DNA of 55,526 nt from Patescibacteria group bacterium (GTDB lineage Bacteria > Patescibacteriota > Minisyncoccia > Portnoybacterales > UBA2143), in contig JBHPFQ010000001.1 in NCBI GenBank assembly GCA_042571625.1, positions 1 through 55,526 of the forward strand, read 5' to 3'. The notes below the pieces were generated by a model. It had not been told where the DNA came from. It made no database searches and saw only the letters and a program-made list of their open reading frames with translations. The position numbers were made by a program, and so were the translations under genes. Of this stretch, positions 27,612 through 37,063 are shown one piece after another; position 1 is the stretch's first letter, and each line of letters begins with the position of its first letter.

Positions 27612-28055
27612 ATGTTATTAACCATACAAACAGGTCAAGATAATCCTATCTTAAGACAAAAGACAAATAAAGTCAAGAGAATAACTCCTGAAATAAAAGA
27701 GCTAATTTTGAATATGATAGAAACAATGGACGCTAAACAAGGCATTGGATTAGCCGCCCCACAAGTCGGACAATCTCTACAAATCATTACTATTCGTCCA
27801 GATCCACAACAGCCAGCTATTGTCTTAATAAATCCAGAGATAATTAAAAAATCATTCAAAAAAGACATAGTAGAAGAAGGATGTTTGAGCCTGCCAAGTA
27901 TTCAAGTTGAAGTCAAACGCCCTGTCAGTATCACAGTAAAAGCAATAAATATTAATAACGAACAAATCAAAATAAAGACCGACGGATTATTATCAAGAGT
28001 TATTCAGCACGAAATAGACCATTTGAATGGAATTTTAATTGTTGATAAAAAATGA
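27612..28055 (+). CDS. def: peptide deformylase
   Basis: GIGLAAPQVG, EGCLS and QHEIDHLNG motifs. Start moved to the internal ATG (MLLTIQTG). TGA stop overlaps the fmt ATG. Confidence 0.9.
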   Translation: MLLTIQTGQDNPILRQKTNKVKRITPEIKELILNMIETMDAKQGIGLAAPQVGQSLQIITIRPDPQQPAIVLINPEIIKKSFKKDIVEEGCLSLPSIQVEVKRPVSITVKAININNEQIKIKTDGLLSRVIQHEIDHLNGILIVDKK

Positions 28056-28933
28056 TTAAATTAAAAATAATCTTTATAGGCACTGGAGATTTCGCTGCCT
28101 CCATATTAGAAACAATAATAAAACAATTAAATATTGATTTTATTATTACTGGGCAGGATAAACCGGTTGGCAGAAAAAAAGAAATCACTTTTAATCCAGT
28201 TAAAAAAACTGCCTTAAAATATAATCTTAATATTATTCAACCAAAAAAGATCTCTGATGTAAAACTTCAAATTTCAAAATATAATCCAGATTTAATTATA
28301 ACTGCTGATTACGGACAAATAATTCCTCTAGATATTATCAATGCTCCAAAATTTAAAACTATTAATATCCATCCATCGCTTCTCCCAAAATATCGTGGAC
28401 CAGCTCCTATCCAAGCTCCAATTATTAATGGAGATAAAATAACTGGCGTGACAATTATGTTGATAGATGAAAAAGTTGACCATGGACCGATTATAAGCCA
28501 AATCAAAATATCTATTGCGCCTAAGGATACAGCTTTAACATTAAGAAAAAAACTATCAAAAGAAGCAGGTCTGTTTTTGATAAAGATATTACCAAAATAC
28601 ATTGAAGGAAAAATCATTCCTAAGAAACAAGATGAATCGCAAGCAAGCTATACTAAAATTATGGCAAAACAAGATGGCAGAATTGATTTTACAAAAGAAA
28701 ACGCTCAAATAATAGAAAGAAAAATAAAAGCTTTTTATCCATGGCCTGGCACATGGACTATTCTTAATAAAAAGCGAATAAAAATTATTAAAGCAAAAAT
28801 AGCTGAGAAATATGATAGTAAAAATATGATAGTAAAAACAAAAAACGGCTATTTAGAACTAGAAATAGTCCAACCAGAAGGAAAAAAACCAATGGCTGGC
28901 AAAGAATTTTTAAAAGGAAATAAGATGCTATAA
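28052..28933 (+). CDS. fmt: methionyl-tRNA formyltransferase
   Basis: 293 aa. IIFIGTGDFA start and NIHPSLLPKYRGPAPIQ motif. Follows def. Confidence 0.9.
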   Translation: MIKLKIIFIGTGDFAASILETIIKQLNIDFIITGQDKPVGRKKEITFNPVKKTALKYNLNIIQPKKISDVKLQISKYNPDLIITADYGQIIPLDIINAPKFKTINIHPSLLPKYRGPAPIQAPIINGDKITGVTIMLIDEKVDHGPIISQIKISIAPKDTALTLRKKLSKEAGLFLIKILPKYIEGKIIPKKQDESQASYTKIMAKQDGRIDFTKENAQIIERKIKAFYPWPGTWTILNKKRIKIIKAKIAEKYDSKNMIVKTKNGYLELEIVQPEGKKPMAGKEFLKGNKML

Positions 28934-28975
28934 TCTGTTGACCTTTTAACACTTCTCTGTTAAGATGCTAATAAT

Positions 28976-29488
28976 ATGAAAGAAGAAAGTAAAATATATC
29001 AATTAGCTTGTCACTTATCTCCATTACTAGACCAAGGACAGATTGAAAAGACAGTGCAAAAAATAAAAGAAATAATCACAGCCGATAATGGCTTATTTTT
29101 AGATAACAAAGGATTATCAATAGATAATATCCAAAGAAAAAAATTGTCTTATCCTATTGAAAATTACAATGAATCTTTTTATTTAGTTTGCGATTTTCTT
29201 GCTGATGGTAAAAATATAAGCGAAATTAATAACCAAATTAATTTAAAAAAGGACGTTATTAGACATATGATTACCTCCAGACAAAAGCCAAAAATTGTTT
29301 CAAAAGAAATTATTGATTACAAAGCAAGCAAGCAAATAGAATCGCTATCATTATCTAAAGATTCTAAAGATAAAGCTACTAATAATAATGAGGATATTAA
29401 AGATAAAAAAATTCCTACTTCTTACAAAAAAGATAAAATTAAAATAGAAGAATTAGATAAAAAATTAGAAGAAATATTAAATCAATAA
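28976..29488 (+). CDS. rpsF: 30S ribosomal protein S6 with Lys/Asp-rich C-terminal extension
   Basis: Position ahead of ssb-rpsR matches the conserved rpsF-ssb-rpsR order. The N-terminal ~100 aa are S6-like in size and pattern. Confidence 0.7.
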   Translation: MKEESKIYQLACHLSPLLDQGQIEKTVQKIKEIITADNGLFLDNKGLSIDNIQRKKLSYPIENYNESFYLVCDFLADGKNISEINNQINLKKDVIRHMITSRQKPKIVSKEIIDYKASKQIESLSLSKDSKDKATNNNEDIKDKKIPTSYKKDKIKIEELDKKLEEILNQ

Positions 29489-29507
29489 TTAAAAGAAAGG
29501 AAAAAAT

Positions 29508-30023
29508 ATGAACTTTAATAAAGCAATTATAGTTGGACGCTTAACACGAGACCCAGAAACAAAAGCTCTTCCATCGGGACAATCACTCGCTTCTTTCAGT
29601 ATGGCAACTAATAGAGTATGGAATGATGCAAATGGCAATAAGCAAGAAGCTACCGAATTTCATAATATCGTCGCTTTTGGGAAATTAGCTGATATTTGCT
29701 CTAAGTATTTAAGTAAAGGACGCTTAGTTTTAATTGAGGGACGAATACAAACACGCTCCTGGCAAGATCAAAATGGGAACAAAAGATATAGGACTGAAAT
29801 AATAGCTGACAATATGCAAATGGGTCCAAGATCTGATTCATCCGCATCTACTAATAATGATAGAAGTTCAAATTACTCTCAAAATCAAACTCCGCAATCT
29901 CCTATTAAACAAGAAGATATTCCAGTAATTGAAGCCGAACCATCTTATACTTCTGAAAAAACATCCGTATCTACCGATGAAGATGAAAAAGATGAGATTA
30001 ATGTAAAAGATATCCCATTCTAA
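29508..30023 (+). CDS. ssb: single-stranded DNA-binding protein
   Basis: 171 aa. NKAIIVGRLTRDPE start, OB fold, acidic tail ending DIPF. Confidence 0.9.
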   Translation: MNFNKAIIVGRLTRDPETKALPSGQSLASFSMATNRVWNDANGNKQEATEFHNIVAFGKLADICSKYLSKGRLVLIEGRIQTRSWQDQNGNKRYRTEIIADNMQMGPRSDSSASTNNDRSSNYSQNQTPQSPIKQEDIPVIEAEPSYTSEKTSVSTDEDEKDEINVKDIPF

Positions 30024-30035
30024 TAATAAATAATT

Positions 30036-30248
30036 ATGCTAACACAAAACAAAACTTGCTATTTCTGCCAAGAAAAAATAAAAGAAATTGATTATCAAAA
30101 TACTGACTTGCTCCGCAAGTTTGTTTCTGGGCAAGGAAAAATCTTACCTCCCAAAAGAACAAAAACCTGTGCAAAGCATCAAAGAATGCTTGCCAGGACA
30201 ATCAAAAGAGCCCGCGTTATGGGGCTCTTGCCATTCACCAATAAATAA
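30036..30248 (+). CDS. rpsR: 30S ribosomal protein S18
   Basis: 70 aa. CYFC..IDYQNTDLLRKFVS..GKILPPKRT.TCAKHQR pattern. Confidence 0.9.
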   Translation: MLTQNKTCYFCQEKIKEIDYQNTDLLRKFVSGQGKILPPKRTKTCAKHQRMLARTIKRARVMGLLPFTNK

Positions 30249-31289
30249 TTAAATCTCCTGTTTTACAGACGCTACTTTTATTTCCTTGATAATCTCTGCT
30301 GTTAAGCGGGGATTTTCTTTTAACCGAATTTTTGACGCTTCAACTCCTTGACCCAATTTCTCTTCCTTATAACTAATCCACGCTCCTGCCCTATCAACAA
30401 CTCCTAAATTTATGCCTGTATTAAGAATATCTGATAATTTCGAAATTCCTTCATTATAAAATATATCAAATTCTGCTTGGCGAAAAGGAGAAGCCACTTT
30501 ATTCTTTACAACCTTTGCCTTCACTCTATTTCCAATAATTCTATCTCCTTGTTTTATTTGTGCTGAACGACGCAATTCTATACGAATAGAAGAATAAAAC
30601 TTCAACGCTTTTCCTCCTGCTGTTTCTTCTGGATTGCCAAACATTACACCTATTTTCATTCTTATCTGATTAATAAATATAATTGTGGTATTACTTTTAC
30701 TAGTAATAGCTGTTAATTTACGCAATGCCTGTGACATTAATCGTGCCTGCAAACCAACATGTTGTTGTCCCATTTCTCCTTCAATTTCAATTCTTGGGGT
30801 TAAGGCTGCTACTGAATCAACAACTATCAAATCAACCACGCCTGATCTTACTAAACTTTCTACTATTTCCAGTGCTTGCTCTCCTGTATCTGGCTGTGAA
30901 ATTAATAAATCATTAATATTTACTCCTATGCGTTTTGCATATTCCGGGTCTAAAGCATGCTCGGCATCAATATAAGCTGTCATTCCTTTATTCTTCTGGC
31001 ATTCAGAAATAACATGAAGAGCTAAAGTACTTTTACCACTTGATTCCAAGCCAAATAATTCAATTATTCTACCCTTTGGGATTCCTCCAACTCCTAAAGC
31101 TATATCCATAGAAATAGAACCTGTTGGAATAGATTCAACACAAATATGCTTTGCATCTCCTAATTTCATAATTGATCCTTCTCCAAAACGTCCTTTTATT
31201 TCATCGACAGTTGCTTCTAATATTTTTATTTTATCATTGTTATCTTTCTGCTCTTTTATCTCTTGATTTTTTTTATTTTTTTTAGACAT
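30249..31289 (-). CDS. recA: recombinase RecA
   Basis: 346 aa. Walker [25 protein letters not shown] and FINQIR motifs. Confidence 0.95.
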   Translation of the reverse strand: MSKKNKKNQEIKEQKDNNDKIKILEATVDEIKGRFGEGSIMKLGDAKHICVESIPTGSISMDIALGVGGIPKGRIIELFGLESSGKSTLALHVISECQKNKGMTAYIDAEHALDPEYAKRIGVNINDLLISQPDTGEQALEIVESLVRSGVVDLIVVDSVAALTPRIEIEGEMGQQHVGLQARLMSQALRKLTAITSKSNTTIIFINQIRMKIGVMFGNPEETAGGKALKFYSSIRIELRRSAQIKQGDRIIGNRVKAKVVKNKVASPFRQAEFDIFYNEGISKLSDILNTGINLGVVDRAGAWISYKEEKLGQGVEASKIRLKENPRLTAEIIKEIKVASVKQEI

Positions 31290-31298
31290 AACATTTTA

Positions 31299-33473
31299 TT
31301 AATTATTAAACTTATCTGCCCCCTCGTCTATATAGACATCTCTTGGCCTAGCGCCATCTGCAGGTCCAACTACTCCTTGCTCTTCAAGTATATCCAATAA
31401 TCTTGCTGCTCTGGCATATCCAACGCGCAAACGACGCTGAAGCAAGGAAGCAGATGCTTTTCCAGCTTGTGTAACAACTATTTTTGCATCTTCATATAAT
31501 TCATCGCCTGAATCAAAATTAGCAGAATCTAAATTAAATCCAACATTATGAGCTATGCCTCCTGTATGTCCGGAAATAACATCATCTTGATAATCAGGAC
31601 TTTCAGATTCTCTTAAATAATCTGTTATTTTTTTAACTTCCTTATCAGAAATATAAGCTCCTTGAATTCGACGTGGCTTTGCTGAATTTCCTGACAGAAA
31701 TAGCATATCTCCATTTCCAAGCAACTTATCTGCTCCAGCCATATCTAAAATAGTACGCGAATCTATTTGTGAAGCCACTTGAAAAGCTATTCTGGAAGTA
31801 ATATTCGCCTTTATCAAACCTGTAATAACTTCTACTGAAGGACGCTGGGTAGAAACAATTAAATGAATACCTATGGCTCTAGCCATTTGAGCTAAACGAA
31901 CGATAGCAGCTTCTGCTTCTTTCCCATTGGTTGACATTAAATCAGCTAACTCGTCAATTACAACAACAATAAAAGGAAGTTTTTCATTCTCGCTATTTTT
32001 AGATTCTTGGCAACTAGCTATATAAGCTCCTATATCACGTTTTCCTGCTTTATGCAAAATTTCAAAACGCCTTTCCATTTCTCCAACCGCCCAACGCAAA
32101 GCTCCAACTGCTTTATCTGATTGAACAATTACCGGAGCAAGCAATTGAGGAATTGATTCATAGGCAGTAAGCTCTACTCTTTTCGGATCTATTAAAATTA
32201 ATTTTAAACTCTCTGGGGAATTTTTATACAGCAAGCTAGTTATTACATTATTCAAAGCAATTGTTTTGCCGCTACCAGTTGCTCCTGCAATAAGCATATG
32301 AGGCATTTTAGCTAAATCTGCAAATACAGGATTACCAGCTACATCACGGCCCAAAGCAAAAGACAATAATGCTCCTTCCTGAAATTCTTTTTTCTCTAAA
32401 AGACCTCCTAAGCGAACAGTAACAACTGATTTATTTGGTATTTCTATTCCAACCAATGAACGTCCTGGAATTGGCGCCTCTATTCTTAACGGATGAGCTG
32501 CTAATGCTAAAGACAAATCATTCTGTAAAACAATAATTTTTGATAATTTAACACCCTGCGCTGGACGCAAAGTATATTGCGTTACTGTAGGACCAACATT
32601 CACTTCAGCCATTTCAACCTCAATGCCAAAATTCTCCAAAGTCCTTTTTATAATATTAATATTAGCTTTGATATCTCCGCTAGTCGGTTGTCCTTTATCT
32701 CTACTTAAAAAATCCAATGAAGGCAATTTAAAATTAGAATTTTGGACTGCAAACTTAGCTTTAACTGGAATACTATTAAGATGCTCTTCTTCATTATCTT
32801 TAATAGGTTCATTTATTTTTTGCATTTCCTGCGACGCTCTTTGCTTAATCCGATCAAAAAGTCCTTTTTTATCTTCTTCTATTTCGGGTTCTTCTTCCGC
32901 GATTATATTCTTATCCTTGTCTTTATTTTCATCCACAATTGCTTTTTTCTTTAAAAAAGATAAAGGAACATTAAAAAATACTAAAATTGATATTATCAAT
33001 AAAGTAATTAAAATTATTAATCCAGCCCAAAAACCAAGAAAATTTATTAAAGGATATCCAATCGCCAGTCCTAAATATCCCCCCCCGTACAAGATAACTG
33101 ATGACAATCCCTGCTCAAAATTATTTCTAGGGAAAGCAAATATATGAAAAAAGCCAAGAACGCTAATAACAAAAATAGAAACTCCAAAAAAAGCCGATTG
33201 ATAAATTATCTGCCTGCCTTTTTTTATTTTAAAACGCGATGTAATAATCGCCAAGCCAATTAAAATAAATCCAATTGTCGCAAGAAAAAATCCCCTACCA
33301 AAAAATAATCTACTTAATTTATAAAAATATCTTCCAAATACACCTGCCGCTTCAAAAAAACTTAATAAACTAATAAGAGCAAATGAAAAACAAGCGATCG
33401 CAATAATACCTTGTTTAGTTTCACGATGAAGTATCGGTTCTTTTTTACCTTTTTTATTTTTCTTTTTGGGCAC
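31299..33473 (-). CDS. ftsK: DNA translocase FtsK/SpoIIIE
   Basis: 724 aa. N-terminal TM segments, GATGSGKT Walker A, VVVIDELADL, and a C-terminal winged-helix gamma domain (LLQRRLRVGYARAARLLD). GTG start. Confidence 0.9.
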   Translation of the reverse strand: MPKKKNKKGKKEPILHRETKQGIIAIACFSFALISLLSFFEAAGVFGRYFYKLSRLFFGRGFFLATIGFILIGLAIITSRFKIKKGRQIIYQSAFFGVSIFVISVLGFFHIFAFPRNNFEQGLSSVILYGGGYLGLAIGYPLINFLGFWAGLIILITLLIISILVFFNVPLSFLKKKAIVDENKDKDKNIIAEEEPEIEEDKKGLFDRIKQRASQEMQKINEPIKDNEEEHLNSIPVKAKFAVQNSNFKLPSLDFLSRDKGQPTSGDIKANINIIKRTLENFGIEVEMAEVNVGPTVTQYTLRPAQGVKLSKIIVLQNDLSLALAAHPLRIEAPIPGRSLVGIEIPNKSVVTVRLGGLLEKKEFQEGALLSFALGRDVAGNPVFADLAKMPHMLIAGATGSGKTIALNNVITSLLYKNSPESLKLILIDPKRVELTAYESIPQLLAPVIVQSDKAVGALRWAVGEMERRFEILHKAGKRDIGAYIASCQESKNSENEKLPFIVVVIDELADLMSTNGKEAEAAIVRLAQMARAIGIHLIVSTQRPSVEVITGLIKANITSRIAFQVASQIDSRTILDMAGADKLLGNGDMLFLSGNSAKPRRIQGAYISDKEVKKITDYLRESESPDYQDDVISGHTGGIAHNVGFNLDSANFDSGDELYEDAKIVVTQAGKASASLLQRRLRVGYARAARLLDILEEQGVVGPADGARPRDVYIDEGADKFNN

Positions 33474-33483
33474 AAATTTAAAT

Positions 33484-36400
33484 TTACGCTTTATATCCGG
33501 TTCCTGCTGGTATTAGTTTACCAATAATTACATTTTCCTTCAAGCCCTTTAATTTATCTTCTTTTCCGCAAATACTCGCGTCTATTAAAACTCTTGCTGT
33601 TTCTTGGAATGAAGCCGCCGAAAGAAAACTTTCAGTGCTCAAAGAAACTTTAGTTATGCCCAATAATAAAATCTGTCCGCTTGCCTGGCTCTTATTGCTT
33701 GCAGATGCCTTACGATTTGCTTCTTGATAGCGATTCCATTCTACAACGCTACCAGATAAAAGATTTGTTGATCCAGGATCTTTTATTTTAACTCTAGAAA
33801 ACATCTGCTTTACAACCATTTCTATATGTTTGTCGTTAATGCTTTCTCCTGCAAAAGTATAAATTTGCTGAACTTCTTTAAGAATATATCTTTGAACAGC
33901 TTCATGTCCAGCTATTTTATATAATTCTTTCAAATCAATATGTCCTTCTCCTAACTGTTGTCCTTTGCCAACCAAATCATCTTTTTTAACCCAAATACCT
34001 TTTCCGGAAGGCATACTATATTCTATTATTTTCTTACCTTCTTTATCACTTGCTTTAATTTGAATAATTCTCTGCTTGCCACGTTCAATAATATCCTTGA
34101 CTCTGCCGCTAACTTCGGAAATGGCAGCTCTTCCTTTTGGAATTCTTGCTTCAAAAATTTCCTCAACTCTAGGCAACCCCTGCGTAATATCCTGTCCACC
34201 AGCAACTCCTCCAGTATGGAAAGTTCTTAAAGTTAGCTGAGTTCCAGGTTCTCCAATAGCTTGAGCGGTAACAATACCAACTGCTTCCCCTAGTTTAATT
34301 AATTCATTTCTTCCCAAATCATATCCATAACATTTCTGACAAATTCCCTTAGTTGATTGACATGAAATAACTGATCTTACTTTAACTTTATCAATTCCAG
34401 TGTTCTCTATTACAACAGCTATGTCTTTATCAATCATATCTCCAGCTCTTACTAATATCTTTGATTTCTTATCTTTCGCATTGGCCCTAATTGTTTCTGC
34501 TGCGACTCTTCCTGTGATTCGCAAACTTAAAGAATTACCTATATCTTCTTCATCAATCTTATAAATATAGATTCCTTTTTTATCACCACAATCCTCCTCA
34601 CGCACAACAATATCCTGACATACATCAACAAGACGCCTTGTTAAATAACCAGCTGTAGCTGTTCTAAGAGCTGTGTCAGCCATTCCTTTTCTACCTCCAT
34701 GTGTAGAAATAAAATATTCCAAAACATTAAATCCTTCTTTATAAGAACTTATAATTGGTAGTTCTATAATCTCACCAATAGGATTATTAACTAATCCTTT
34801 CATTCCACTCATCTGAGTAATTTGTCCCAATGATCCTCTAGCTCCAGAATCAAATATAGTAAACACGGGACCATCTTGATCTAATGCTAATGGAGTTTCT
34901 TGAGCGATTTTTTCTGTAACATTCATCCAAATTTCTATAACTCTTGATTTTCTCTCGCTATCTGTTAATAGACCATTATTATACTGATCTTGAATTGCTT
35001 CTACTTCTTTCTGAGCAGTCTGTATCCACTCTTTTTTCCCTTTAGGAATATGAAGATCATCCATACCCCAGCTAATTCCAGAGCTAGAAGCATATTTAAA
35101 TCCTATTCGCTTTATCTTATCCAAAACCAAAGCAGTTTCATCAATTCCACATTTATCTATTAATTCAGCAACCAATTTATGCATATCCTTTGATTTCATT
35201 GTCTTATTGATAAATCCAATTTCTGACGGCAATGGCTCGTTAAAAATAATACGCCCAACAGATGTCTCAACTAATTCATTATTAATTCTAACCTTTATTT
35301 TTGCTTTTAAATCTACATGTCCAAAATGCTTTGCTAAAAGAGCTTCCTTCCCATCGGAAAAAATCTTACCCTCTCCTTTTAGCCCATCTTTAATTTTTGT
35401 TATCCAATAACATCCTAAAACTATATCCAAAGAAGGCACAGCTACTGGATCTCCAGTAGATGGCTTAAGTAAATTTTTAGAAGATAACATTATGTTTTTT
35501 GCCTCTTCTTGAGCTTTATCTCCCAAAGGAAGATGAACAGCCATTTGGTCTCCGTCAAAATCAGCATTAAATGCATGGCAAACAAGTGGATGAACATGAA
35601 TTGCATTACCTTCAACTAAAACTGGTTGGAATGCTTGAATTCCTAAACGATGTAAGGTTGGCGCTCTATTCAAAAGAATATAACGATCGCGTACAACTTC
35701 CTCTAAAATATTCCATACTTCATCTACTCCCTCTTCTATTAGTTTTCCTGCTCCTCTAACATTATGAGCTAATCCTTGTTCAATTATCTTACTTATAATA
35801 AAAGGCTTAAACAATTCCAACGCCATATATTTTGGCAAACCGCATTGATTAAGCTTTAATTTAGAACCGACTACAATAACTGATCTACCAGAATAGTCCA
35901 CGCGCTTACCCAAAAGATTTTGTCTAAATCTTCCTTGCTTTCCTTTAAGCATATCTGCTAAAGACTTAAGGACTCTTTTCTGACCTGTTGATGCGGCTAC
36001 CATTACCTGACCATGTCTACTTGAATTATCAATCAAAGCATCAACTGCTTCCTGAAGCATTCTTTTTTCATTTCGACAAATAACTTCCGGAGCTTTTAAT
36101 TCTAATAATCTCTTTAATCTATTGTTACGATTAATTACTCTTCTATATAAATCATTAACGTCAGAAGTAGCAAAACGACCTCCATCCAATTGAACCATTG
36201 GCCTTAAATCTGGAGGTAAAACAGGCAAAACAGTTAAAAACATCCATTCTGGTTTTATTTTTGAACTAAGAATTCCTTCAGCCAACCATAGCCTACTAAA
36301 AATTTTCTTTTTTTGAATTAAACTACTACCTTTCAATTGATCTCTTAATTTCTGACTCAATGATTCTAAATTTATTCCTTCAAAAATTTTTCTTAATGTT

Positions 36401-37050
36401 TCAGCGCCTGTTCCAGCCTCAAATACTTGGCTATACTTCAAGCTAAGATTCCTATAATTCATTTCTGATAAAATCTGGAATTGATATAATGATCTTACTT
36501 TTTTAAGAGCTGAATCACACTGTTCCTTAATCTTTTGTTTTTCAGCTGCGCTTGAATTTTTAATATTCTTAACTTTTTGTTTATATTCTTTTTTAATAGC
36601 TTCTATTGTTTTATTTCTTTGATCCTCATCAATCTTTGTAACAATATAACCAGCAAAATAAATAACCTTTTCTAAATCTTGAATAGAAACATCTAAAAGA
36701 AGCCCCATTTTTGAAGGAATACCACGCAAAAACCAAATGTGAGAAACAGGAACTGCTAATGTTATATGCCCCATTCGCTCTCGTCTAACGCTAGACCTAG
36801 TCACTTCTACGCCACATTTATCACAAACAATACCCTTATAACGAATTCTACGATACTTTCCACAATAACATTCCCAGTCTTTTTCCGGACCAAAAATCTT
36901 TTCACAAAATAAACCATCTTTTTCAGCTCTTTGAGTACGATAATTAATAGTCTCTGGCTTTGTAACTTCGCCAAAAGACCAATCAAGAATCTCCTCAGGA
37001 GAAGCAAGTTTTAATCTTAATGATTTGAAATCAGATACTTTAATGCTCAT
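33484..37050 (-). CDS. rpoC: DNA-directed RNA polymerase subunit beta prime
   Basis: 1188 aa. Zinc motif CYCGKY..C..CGVEV and catalytic NADFDGDQM. Confidence 0.97.
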   Translation of the reverse strand: MSIKVSDFKSLRLKLASPEEILDWSFGEVTKPETINYRTQRAEKDGLFCEKIFGPEKDWECYCGKYRRIRYKGIVCDKCGVEVTRSSVRRERMGHITLAVPVSHIWFLRGIPSKMGLLLDVSIQDLEKVIYFAGYIVTKIDEDQRNKTIEAIKKEYKQKVKNIKNSSAAEKQKIKEQCDSALKKVRSLYQFQILSEMNYRNLSLKYSQVFEAGTGAETLRKIFEGINLESLSQKLRDQLKGSSLIQKKKIFSRLWLAEGILSSKIKPEWMFLTVLPVLPPDLRPMVQLDGGRFATSDVNDLYRRVINRNNRLKRLLELKAPEVICRNEKRMLQEAVDALIDNSSRHGQVMVAASTGQKRVLKSLADMLKGKQGRFRQNLLGKRVDYSGRSVIVVGSKLKLNQCGLPKYMALELFKPFIISKIIEQGLAHNVRGAGKLIEEGVDEVWNILEEVVRDRYILLNRAPTLHRLGIQAFQPVLVEGNAIHVHPLVCHAFNADFDGDQMAVHLPLGDKAQEEAKNIMLSSKNLLKPSTGDPVAVPSLDIVLGCYWITKIKDGLKGEGKIFSDGKEALLAKHFGHVDLKAKIKVRINNELVETSVGRIIFNEPLPSEIGFINKTMKSKDMHKLVAELIDKCGIDETALVLDKIKRIGFKYASSSGISWGMDDLHIPKGKKEWIQTAQKEVEAIQDQYNNGLLTDSERKSRVIEIWMNVTEKIAQETPLALDQDGPVFTIFDSGARGSLGQITQMSGMKGLVNNPIGEIIELPIISSYKEGFNVLEYFISTHGGRKGMADTALRTATAGYLTRRLVDVCQDIVVREEDCGDKKGIYIYKIDEEDIGNSLSLRITGRVAAETIRANAKDKKSKILVRAGDMIDKDIAVVIENTGIDKVKVRSVISCQSTKGICQKCYGYDLGRNELIKLGEAVGIVTAQAIGEPGTQLTLRTFHTGGVAGGQDITQGLPRVEEIFEARIPKGRAAISEVSGRVKDIIERGKQRIIQIKASDKEGKKIIEYSMPSGKGIWVKKDDLVGKGQQLGEGHIDLKELYKIAGHEAVQRYILKEVQQIYTFAGESINDKHIEMVVKQMFSRVKIKDPGSTNLLSGSVVEWNRYQEANRKASASNKSQASGQILLLGITKVSLSTESFLSAASFQETARVLIDASICGKEDKLKGLKENVIIGKLIPAGTGYKA

Positions 37051-37063
37051 AATTATAAAATAT

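Noticed and set aside
27612-28055. Alternative genetic code (UGA recoded)
   Set aside because: def ends at a TGA exactly at its expected C-terminus, overlapping the fmt start. Conserved genes show full-length frames with standard stops.
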